Assembly: GCA_964563715.1 (NCBI GenBank)
Contig: CAZLXA010000002.1
Span: forward strand, 9,467-73,466
Direction of reading: 5' to 3'
Length of the DNA: 64,000 nucleotides
From: an uncultured Candidatus Saccharibacteria bacterium
Lineage (GTDB): Bacteria > Patescibacteriota > Minisyncoccia > Phycocordibacterales > UBA9973
Positions 26,319-36,400 of this stretch are shown here, in pieces (within the stretch, counting starts at the first letter, position 1; each line of letters starts with the position of its first letter). The notes under the pieces were generated by a model that did no database searches, was not told the origin of the DNA, and saw only the letters and a list, made by a program, of their open reading frames with translations. The position numbers were made by a program, and so were the translations under genes.

Positions 26319-27500
26319 TTATTTTTTATTTCTTCGTAAAAATGCAGGGACGGTGTTCCAATCATCTGTGTCGTCGATGAATAAATCATCTTCAATTTTT
26401 TCAGTTTTCTTTATGTAATCAGTATTACCATTTTTTGATTGGTCTTTTGTCACAGCTTGAATTATTTCTTCTTTTGATGAATTTGAAACTGTTGGTTCAA
26501 TTGGTTTATTTTGGCCGATTTGGAAAAGTGAGCGTTTAGGCATATCGGTTGGGAAACCAGTCGCGATGACGGTAACTTTCATTTCACCTTTTTTTAATTT
26601 ATCATCTTGAATTGTTCCAAATATAACTTTGGCATCCTTATCGATTGATTCGGTGATTATCTTGGCAGCATCTTGAATTTCGTGGATAGTTAAATCATCG
26701 CCACCGGAGATTGCAAACAAAACTCCACGGGCCCCAGAAATAGATAAATCAAGAAGGGGGGAGTTAATAGCAGAAAGAGCTGCTTTTTCTGCTCGGCCTT
26801 CACCTGCGGCAATACCAACACCCATTAAAGCCGATCCAGCATCTGACATGACGGCTTTAATATCAGCAAAGTCAACATTGATCATACCGGGAGTTGTAAT
26901 TAATTCTGAGATTCCTTCTACCGCTTGTTTTAGAACTTCATCACACATAGCGAATGCTTGACGGAAGCCTAGGTCTTTTCCTGAAATAACGATTAAGCGA
27001 TCATTTGGAATAACTAAAATAGCATCAACTTCTTTTTCAAGTTCAGCTAATCCCATTTCAGCTATTTTCATTCTCTGATTTCCTTCGAATGAAAATGGTT
27101 TAGTTACAACAGCAACTGTCAGTATTCCTTGTTCTTTAGCAGCTTGAGCCACAATTGGAGCAGCACCTGTTCCAGTACCTCCACCCATTCCACAAGCAAT
27201 AAAAACCATATCAGCCCCCTTAATGACATCTTGGATTTCTGCTTTAGTTTCTTCGGCGGCTCGGCGTCCAACTTCTGGATTCATTCCTGAACCTAATCCT
27301 TTGGTTAGGTTTTTCCCCAAGTGAACCTTTTTTTCAGCAAGTGAATTATGAAGATCCTGAGTATCAGTATTCATAACAATGAATTCGACTCCTCGAACCT
27401 TTGATGTAATCATATGATTAAGCGCGTTTTTACCTGAACCACCGACGCCGATAACTTTAATTCGGGCAAATGATTCAATGTCTGGATTTAATTTAGGCAT
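26319..27500 (-). CDS. ftsZ: cell division protein FtsZ
   Basis: IKVIGVGGSGKNA and GMGGGTGTGAAP tubulin signature. The ATG at 27500 is preferred over the TTG at 27587. Confidence 0.92.
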   Translation of the reverse strand: MPKLNPDIESFARIKVIGVGGSGKNALNHMITSKVRGVEFIVMNTDTQDLHNSLAEKKVHLGKNLTKGLGSGMNPEVGRRAAEETKAEIQDVIKGADMVFIACGMGGGTGTGAAPIVAQAAKEQGILTVAVVTKPFSFEGNQRMKIAEMGLAELEKEVDAILVIPNDRLIVISGKDLGFRQAFAMCDEVLKQAVEGISELITTPGMINVDFADIKAVMSDAGSALMGVGIAAGEGRAEKAALSAINSPLLDLSISGARGVLFAISGGDDLTIHEIQDAAKIITESIDKDAKVIFGTIQDDKLKKGEMKVTVIATGFPTDMPKRSLFQIGQNKPIEPTVSNSSKEEIIQAVTKDQSKNGNTDYIKKTEKIEDDLFIDDTDDWNTVPAFLRRNKK

Positions 27501-27669
27501 ATATTTGTGAGACTTTAGTCTTTCGTTAATAATAAGTTTATGTAAGTACATAATACCAGATATTAGGAAAAAGGAAACATTTGACAATATTTATATATGT
27601 TTTCTTATTATGTCTAAAACAATTTGTATAACAAATTATGCGCCCGAACATTTTATAAAACAAAATGTT

Positions 27670-28842
27670 TTAGGGTAGGAGTTGAGAAAAAATTGATTTA
27701 AAAAAACTTTTTACTTCTTTAATATTATTACCCAGAGAACTATTTAGATCATTTGAAAATTCGTCACTTTCAGTTAGAGCCAAACCAAGAGCGGTATACC
27801 AAGAAGCATCTCGAATCTTAAATTTATTATTTAATGTTCCATCAGCCGGTCCAACTTTTACTGGAAGTTTTAATTGATTGCGAGCAATATTCTCAATATT
27901 TTTAATCAGTGAACCATTACCAGTTAAAATTATTCCAGCCGGTAGAAGTTCATTTCTTTTTAGTCGTTTAAGTTGATTGCTGATAAGTTCAAAAATATCA
28001 TCAAGACGAGCTTCAATTATTTCATCGATTTTTTTCTTTGAATAATCAGCCCCGATGACACTACCTAGTTTAATACTCTCCGCTTCATCAAGTGAAATTT
28101 TTAAACCGAGAGCAATATCTTTAGTGATGTCCATACTCCCAATTGGAAATACCGAAACTGAAATTGGTAAATTATTTTCAAAAACGGCTGTTGAAACAGT
28201 CTCTGAACCAATATCGACTAAAATACAACCAGCAATTTTTTGCTTATTATTAAGGAGTAGATTGCCCGAAATAATAGGCGAGGCCGATATTTCCTCAATA
28301 TCTATTTTAGCCAAGGTCAAACAAGTTATTAGGTCTTCAATATTTTGTTTTAAACAAGTAATAAATAGAGTTTTAACTTCAAGTTTAATTCCACGCAATC
28401 CTTCAGGCCTGGCATAAATATCTTTACCATCTAATTTATAACCGATAGGAATGGTGTGAATAATTTTTTTATTTATAATATCAAGATTCTCTTCACTATT
28501 GGCAATAACTTTTTGTACATCTAAATTTGTTATTTCTTGGTCAGCCTTAGAAATAATTACTGAGCCAGTTGAAAATGTCGAACCGAGACTTATCCCACCA
28601 ATAGAAACATAAGCCCGGCGGATTTTAATTCCTAAAATATTTTCAGCTTGCTTAACAGCTTTTTTAATACTATCGGTGACACTTTCAATATTTGTAATAT
28701 AACCAAAACGCATACCAACGGTTGGGGACATGCCGGTTGCTAAAACAGTCGGCTCGGTTTTGCCTTTGTCGAAACCAACGACAATAACTTTAGTCGAATG
28801 TGTTCCTATGTCTATTCCGCAAGTATAATTATTTTTTATCAT
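27670..28842 (-). CDS. ftsA: cell division protein FtsA
   Basis: Actin-fold phosphate motifs GIDIGTHSTKV and LVDIGSETVS, immediately upstream of ftsZ. Confidence 0.85.
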   Translation of the reverse strand: MIKNNYTCGIDIGTHSTKVIVVGFDKGKTEPTVLATGMSPTVGMRFGYITNIESVTDSIKKAVKQAENILGIKIRRAYVSIGGISLGSTFSTGSVIISKADQEITNLDVQKVIANSEENLDIINKKIIHTIPIGYKLDGKDIYARPEGLRGIKLEVKTLFITCLKQNIEDLITCLTLAKIDIEEISASPIISGNLLLNNKQKIAGCILVDIGSETVSTAVFENNLPISVSVFPIGSMDITKDIALGLKISLDEAESIKLGSVIGADYSKKKIDEIIEARLDDIFELISNQLKRLKRNELLPAGIILTGNGSLIKNIENIARNQLKLPVKVGPADGTLNNKFKIRDASWYTALGLALTESDEFSNDLNSSLGNNIKEVKSFFKSIFSQLLP

Positions 28843-28860
28843 GAATTAAAAAATTGAATG

Positions 28861-29250
28861 TTATGAAAACATTTTAAGGTATTTCTTCTCTTGTCTTTCC
28901 ATTGTACTACTATGTTCGAAACCTTTCAAATGCAAACAACCGTGGATAACTAATAATTTGAAAAATTGAGTATAAGTCATCATAAAAAGTGGAGCATCCT
29001 TTTTGACCTTTTTTGGATCAATGGTTATTTCCCCAGAATTTTCTGATAAAGGAAAAGATAAAATATTTGTTGTTTCATTTCTGCCTCGGTATTTTAAATT
29101 GATTTGTTTTTGTTTCTGTGGCGATAGTAGACTTAGTCCGAATTCATAATCTTTACCTAGGATTTTATTTTTTATCGAAACAAAAGGCACTCCGACCGGG
29201 GTCGGAGTGCCTTTTGTTTTGTTTACAATAGTACAAAAACCAGTATTCAT
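28861..29250 (-). CDS. ybeY: rRNA maturation RNase YbeY
   Basis: HGCLHLKGFEH zinc motif. The true start may be the in-frame GTG at 29190, because 29183-29215 is a terminator-like hairpin. Confidence 0.8.
   Translation of the reverse strand: MNTGFCTIVNKTKGTPTPVGVPFVSIKNKILGKDYEFGLSLLSPQKQKQINLKYRGRNETTNILSFPLSENSGEITIDPKKVKKDAPLFMMTYTQFFKLLVIHGCLHLKGFEHSSTMERQEKKYLKMFS
29183..29215 (-). terminator. hairpin/T-run downstream of rpsU
   Basis: AAAAGGCACTCCGAC-CGG-GGTCGGAGTGCCTTTT, about 45 nt after the rpsU stop. Confidence 0.5.
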
Positions 29251-29256
29251 AATTTT

Positions 29257-29508
29257 CTATTTATGACCTCTTTTTTTAGTGAACTTTGTAGCCTTACCTA
29301 ATTTGAAAAGTTTTTCAGTATTTTTCCGACGAGCCAATCTTTTTAGGGTTGCCGCCTTAATTTTAATTTTAGACTCAGCTCTTTTATTATAACGCTTACT
29401 TTTAACCTTTTGAATGATGCCAGATTCCTGAACTTTACGAGTAAATCTGCGAACAAGATTCATATTGCTTTCATTTGCGTTTTTCTTTACTTCTATGACT
29501 GTTATCAT
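29257..29508 (-). CDS. rpsU: 30S ribosomal protein S21
   Basis: MITVIEVKK...LVRRFTRKVQESGI...KRYNKRAESK pattern. The internal ATG at 29508 is preferred over the long hydrophobic N-extension. Confidence 0.75.
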   Translation of the reverse strand: MITVIEVKKNANESNMNLVRRFTRKVQESGIIQKVKSKRYNKRAESKIKIKAATLKRLARRKNTEKLFKLGKATKFTKKRGHK

Positions 29509-29600
29509 ATGTTTTATACTAGCATGTTTTAAGAATATGGGCAAGTGTGGGAGAAATATAGTATAGATAATTATCAAAATGTAATAAAAAAGTGAGGAGG

Positions 29601-29885
29601 TTAATCTTTCAAATGAATTACCTTTAGGTTATAGATTTTTGATTTTTGTGAGTCCTTTTCTGTTTTATCTGTGGATAACTTTTTGTAAGTATGCCTTAGA
29701 GGTCTTTCTCCTGATTCAATTTTCTTAATAATATCATGTACATCCTCAGATCGATAGACCCTGTAATTGTTGATAGGGTGCCTAAAAGCAGTCAGTTTAC
29801 CTTGTTTATCCCAGTTGCGTAGAGTCAATTTAGATACTCCAAGTATTTGGGCTGCATCTTTAATTTGAATCAATTTACTGTTCAT
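29601..29885 (-). CDS. MerR/excisionase-type HTH DNA-binding protein
   Basis: IKDAAQILGVSKLTLRNWDKQGKL...YRVYRSEDV. Confidence 0.65.
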   Translation of the reverse strand: MNSKLIQIKDAAQILGVSKLTLRNWDKQGKLTAFRHPINNYRVYRSEDVHDIIKKIESGERPLRHTYKKLSTDKTEKDSQKSKIYNLKVIHLKD

Positions 29886-30405
29886 TGATAGTATTATACA
29901 GTACTAAACATTAATAAACAATATTATGGTTAATAAACTGTAGTAATGTTTATATATCTTTTACGAATTAGTTATATTTGTTTAAAAATATTTAATTTGA
30001 TGATTTGAATTAGTTTAAAATAATTATATATTTTAATTCAAATAATACATTTGAAAATAATGTACCATTAAAAAATAAACTTATGAGATTAAATTCTAAA
30101 TTATTTTATATAAAATTATTTATAAACCATAGTATTATTTTTTACATATTATTAATAGAAATATATTGTTAAATATTATTAATTAAGATATAATTTAAAA
30201 TATAATATCATTTATGAATATTTACTCCAATCAAAAACAAATTTAAAAAAATAATTAATATCAAATAATTTTGCTTAACGAAAAAAGTAACTTAATAAAA
30301 CTACCAGATAAAATTCCACCTGAAGATGGAAGCTGGTTCTCAATGTTTCATACGATAGTAAAAGAATACAAATTAAAATTATCAATATTAAAAAAAGAAT
30401 ACAAA

Positions 30406-33400
30406 ATGAAAAATATATTTTTAAAACTAAATAACAAAACTATAAATATTAAAAGTAAGATATTTATAAAAACATTTGCACCAATTTTTGTCGCCTTTTT
30501 AATTTTTACATCTTTTTCTTTCCTCTCCCAAAAAGCATTCGCAGACGATGTTTCACTTAACTGGGGAAAAGGAATAAATGGATATTTATCTTTCGCAAAA
30601 GAATACATAGTAGCTGATTCTACTGGGAATATTTATATTGTGGGAAATTTTACTGGTACAGTTGATTTTGACCCAGGCGGAGGTGTATATAATTTAACCG
30701 CTGTAGGAAGTTATGATGCATATATTTTGAAATTAGATTCATTGGGAAATTTTTTATGGGCGAAAGCAATTGGTGGAGTAGATTATGATGTAGCAAATAT
30801 TATAGCTATTGACTCTACTGGGAATATCGCTGTTGCTGGAAATTTTGCTGGTACAGTTGATTTTGACCCAGATGCTAGTGTGTATAATTTAACCGCTGTA
30901 GGAAGTTATGATGCATATATTTTGAAATTAGATTCATTGGGAAATTTTTTATGGGCGAAAGCAATTGGTGGAGTAGATTATGATGTAGCAAATATTATAG
31001 CTATTGATTCTACTGGGAATATCGCTGTTGCTGGAAAATTTCAAAGTACAGTTGATTTTGACCCAGGTATTGGTGTATATAATTTAACTTCTTCGGGGAG
31101 CAATGATGCCTTTATTTCAAAGTTTGATTCATCGGGAAATTTTATATGGGCAAAAACAATTGGTGGAACAGGTGATGATGTAGCTAACTCTATTGTTGTC
31201 GAAGTAACAACTGGAAATATTTATATAGCTGGAAAATTTCAAAGTACAGTTGATTTTGACCCAGGTATTGGTGTATATAATTTAACTTCTACTTCAAGTG
31301 AGGATGCTTTTTTTGCAAAATTAGATTCTTCTGGAAATTTTGTATGGGCAAGAAGAATAGGTGGGGTAAATAATGATGTTGCTAGTAATATAGCTATTGA
31401 TTCTGCTGGTAATCTGGGTGTATCAGGTAATTTCGCTGGGACAGTTGATTTTGACCCAGGTGTTGGTGTTTATAACTTGAGTGGTTTTAATTCATACAAC
31501 AATCCATTTCTTTCAAAATTTGATTCATCGGGAAATTTTATATGGGCGAAAGTCTTTTACACAACAAATCATGCTTCTGTTGATTCTCTAGTATCAGATG
31601 CAAATAATAACTTTTATTTGGCGGGTTCATTTCAAGGGACCATGGATGCGAATCCTAATTCTGGTACAAAAAATCTTTCTGGTACAAGTCCTTCAAAAAA
31701 TTTTATTATTAAATTAGACACTTTAGGAAATCATATTTGGTCAAATACCTATAATGTAAGTAGAAGTTATATAACCATAGATTTAAGTGGGGATATTTTA
31801 GTTACGGGTCCTTTTTATGGTACAACTGATTTTGATCCAAGCGCTGGTGTCTTTAATTTAACCTCTGTAGGTGTTATAACCAATACTTATATAGTTAAAC
31901 TTTCACCAATTCCTTCAGATTTTATTCCAAATGCATTTACTTTCAACGACCAAATACTAAAAGCTGTAAATACTTCTTATGAATCGAATACTATTACATT
32001 GTCAGGATTAAATGAAGTTGTAGCTATTTCTATATCATCCTGTAGTAGTTCTATTTGTGAATATTCAATAAATAACGGAACATATACTTCAGTTCCTGGT
32101 ATTATAATAAGCGGGGATACTGTAAAGGTCCGACAAAAATCTTCTATCAATGATTCGACCACTACTGATTTAATTTTAAATATAGGTGGAGTTAGTGATA
32201 CATTTTCTGTAACTACAGACGACTGGACTAAACCTTTAATTTCTTCTTTTTCTGTCCCAGCAAAATCAACTTCATATATTATTCCTATAACCAATTTTGT
32301 TGCAACCGATGATCAGTTTGTTGCTGGGTACTTAATCACAGAATCATCAACTACTCCATCTATAAATTCTCCTGATTGGACAGTTACTCCTCCATCAACC
32401 TATCTTGTATTCACAAATGGACTAAAGACACTATATTCTTGGGCAAAGGATAATACAGATAGAATTTCAAACCCAATAAGTGCTCAAATTCTAGTTGATA
32501 CTTCACCTGTGGTTTCTACTTTTACTATTCCGTTAAATTATAATTCTGCAACAGTTCCTATTAATACTTTTAATGTTACTGATAATGTTGGTGTTGCAGG
32601 TTATATGGTTACAGAAAATCTGACTCCACCAAATATAAATGATTCAAGATGGACTGAGACTGCTCCCTCTTCGTATACGTTTGAAAATATAAATGACTCA
32701 GTACCGAGTACCTGGAATCAAAGGACAGCAGCTACTTTTTCAACATCATGGCGTACCATCGCTTCTTCGGCCGATGGGAATAAATTGGCTGCTGCTATTG
32801 GACAAATCGGTGGAGCTAGTAATTGTAGTTCACCAAGTTGTTATATATATACATCAACTGATGCTGGAAATACTTGGACCGCACGAACTAGTGCTGGCTC
32901 CCGTAATTGGTCAGGTATCGCTTCATCATCAGATGGAACAAAATTAGTAGCAGTAATTGGTGGGGATTATATTACCGGATACGTATATACTTCAATAGAT
33001 AGTGGAGCGACTTGGGTAGCCAGGACTGGAAATGGTTCTCTAAGATGGCACGATGTTACTTCGTCTTCGGATGGAACTAAATTGGCTGCCATAACAGGAG
33101 GGCGATATTATAATGGATCAATATATACTTCAATAAATAGTGGGGAAACATGGACAGCACAAGCTGGAGCAGGTTCACGTTATTGGATGTCAATAGCTTC
33201 ATCATCTGATGGTACAAAATTAGTAGCAAATCCCGGATATGGTTATATTTACACTTCAAATAATAGTGGGGTGACTTGGATAGAGAGAACAAGTTCTGGT
33301 ATACGTTCTTGGGTAGACGTGGCGTCTTCTGCTGATGGATTAAAATTAGTAGCGACTTCAGGAAATGGTTATATTTATACTTCAAATGATGGTGGGGCTA

Positions 33401-36400
33401 CATGGATAGAGAAAACAAGTTCTGGTATACGTAGCTGGGGCCAGGTTGCATCTTCGTCGGACGGAGTAAGGCTAATTGCGGCAACGAGTAATTCGGGATA
33501 TATATATTACTCAAGTGACTCGGGGACAACGTGGCTTGAGCAAGCATCAATGGGATTAAAGGAACGTGCTGGTGTTGCTTCCTCTTCTGATGGAACTAAA
33601 ATAGCTATCGGAGATAGATATGGAGATATATATACTTCCAAATTTGGGAATGAACTTCATGGTTGGGCTAAAGATTCAGAAGGGTTGGTGTCAAGTTCTA
33701 CAATATATTCAAATGATACAGTGATAATTGATTTTAATACTCCAGTAGTTACAGCATTTTCAATACCCACTAATTCATCTTCATTAACTGTTCCGATTAC
33801 AACTTTTACAGCGACCGATAATGTTGGAGTGACTGGATACATACTAACCGAAAGTCCTACAGTTCCACCGTCTAATGATATTGGTTGGACGACTGATGCT
33901 CCGGCGACATATACATTTTCTTCGTACGGGAATAAGACTTTATATGCCTGGGTAAAAGATGGGAATAATAGTATTTCAAATCCACTTTCAGCTTCAATAT
34001 TTCTTAATTCCGCTCCGTCTGTAACCTCTTTTGTAATTAATTCTGATTATAATTCTTTTACTATTCCAATCTCGACTTTCACTGCAACTGATGATACTCA
34101 AGTTACTGGATATAAAATAACGGAGAATAACGATGTACCGTCCCCATTTGATAATGGTTGGAGTGACACAGCTCCCACAAATTATACTTTTAGTATACAA
34201 ACAGATATTTCTCCTAAAAATTGGGTGCAAAAAACGAGTGATGCCAATAGGAGTTGGCAGGCAATAGCTTCCTCTTCTGATGGAACAAAAATTGTTGCAG
34301 TAGTAGGTGCAGATTTTAATTCTGGTTACATTTATACTTCAGATAATAGTGGAACTACATGGATAGAAAGAACAAATGCGGGACTACGTAAGTGGAAAAC
34401 TGTTGCTTCTTCTTCAGACGGAACAAAATTAGTAGCTGGTGCATATGACGGTTATGTGTATACTTCTGATGACTCGGGTGCTACCTGGATAGAAAGACAA
34501 CCTGAAGTTGGGAGAAAATTTAATTTTTACCGTCCAATCGTTTCTTCAGCCAATGGAACAAAATTGGCATTTGTTGAAAACATGTGTGTAAACCAAGGTA
34601 GATTATATACATCGACAGATGGTGGAGATACATGGACAAATAAAATTATTTCAGGTTCGCAAATTATTTCCTATTCGTCTGATGGTAATATATTGATTGC
34701 AGGTGATAATTATGGTGGTACAGGATGTACCAGTGGAACTAATGGGGGTTATATTTCTACTTCAACTGATAATGGTAATACTTGGACACAAAGAACCAGT
34801 GCTGGTTTACGAAAATGGAGTGCGGTGGCTTCTTCTTCAGACGGAACAAAACTATTTGCTACAGCTGATAAAGAAATTAATAGTCCTGGATATATATACA
34901 CATCTATCGACGGAGGGGTAACTTGGTTAGAAAGAGTATCGGCAGGCTCACATGAATGGAAATCAATTATTTCCTCATCGGATGGAACAAAATTAGTAGC
35001 TCAAGTTAGAGGGCAGAATGGTGCAGGAGATATTTATTCTTCGACAGACGGTGGAATTAATTGGAGTCTAAGAAATAGTAATAATTCATGGTATGGAGTG
35101 TCATTATCCGCTGATGGAAATAAATTAGCTACTATTGTTAACGGTGGATATATTTATACTTCAACTGCCATTTATACCGCCGAGGGTGCAAAAACTTTAT
35201 ATGCTTGGGCTAAAGATGAAAATGGTGGTGTTTCGAATCCATCTACCGGGCAAATAGTTGTCCATGTAAATCCTCCCACGTCCACAATTAATCCCCTTTG
35301 TGACATTTCAGAAAATAGATGTACTGCTTCAGGAATAGTTTCTAGTCCACAGCAAGTTTATGCTGTTCAATTAATTTCTGGTATTTCTTCAGAAGCTATT
35401 TCCGATATTGAAATTTCGATAAAAGATGATACTTTGGATAAATGGTTTTCGAACGGAGTATTTTCTTCAGATGTTGAAATATATTCTACAATAACTAATA
35501 CGACGGAGTGGTCATATGGTACAAAAACTTGGGCATATGATTTATCTACACTTCCTCTAACTATTGGTAATGTTTATAAACTTAATGTAAAGGCTACAGA
35601 TACATTTGGTAGTGTTGAAAACCCTGTTTCGACAACATCTTTCGTTTTTTCGAGTTTAACACTAGATAACGCCGCTCCTGTTATTACTCTGACCGGGTTA
35701 AATCCGATGAACGTAACACTAGGTCAATCATATTCTGAGCCGGGGGCAGATGCTGTGGATGCTATTAGTGGCCCACGTCCGGTAAGTATTTCTGGTACTG
35801 TTAACAATAATGCTCTTGGGTCCTATACTATTACGTATACCGCGACAGATATGACAGGGAATATTGGAACAGCTACGAGAACAGTAAATATAATTCCATC
35901 TCCAACAGTGTCTTTTGATACTGTTTCTAATAACGGAGATGAAAGTGCGAGTCCTTATGATGCTATGGTAAGTATTTCACGTGCTGATGCTCAAAATACA
36001 ACTGTTGAATATATTGTCTCAGGAACAACAACCAATGCCGATCATACACTTGTCAGTGGAACTGTTACTTTCTTGGCAGGAGAAGTATCGCAAGAGATAT
36101 CCATTCCAATAATTGACGACATTCTAAAAGAATTAAATGAGACAGTAATCTTGACCCTTTCGAATCCTATTAATGGGATATTAGGAACTAATGTGTCATT
36201 TACTTACACAATTAATGATAATGATATTGCGTCAGGAATAGAATTTTCAACTGGCGAATCCTCTAACCTAGAAAGTCTTAATATGGTAGATATTCCGATT
36301 TCATTAGCTAGTATCTCTGGTACAAACACGACAATTGATTATACTATTTCTGGAACAGCGACAAGTGGAGATGATTATTACTTAGATGAAGGGACAGCAA

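Noticed and set aside
29191-29250. First 20 codons of the ybeY ORF.
   Set aside because: They encode through a perfect GC-rich hairpin that looks like the rpsU terminator. The conserved YbeY body starts after it. I kept the long coordinates in the feature but flagged the alternative GTG at 29190.
29886-30405. 520-bp extremely AT-rich region upstream of the giant gene, considered as an origin of replication or a phase-variation switch.
   Set aside because: I found no DnaA-box-like repeats, inverted-repeat invertible-segment boundaries or homopolymer tracts of notable length. It is probably just a long promoter/leader region.
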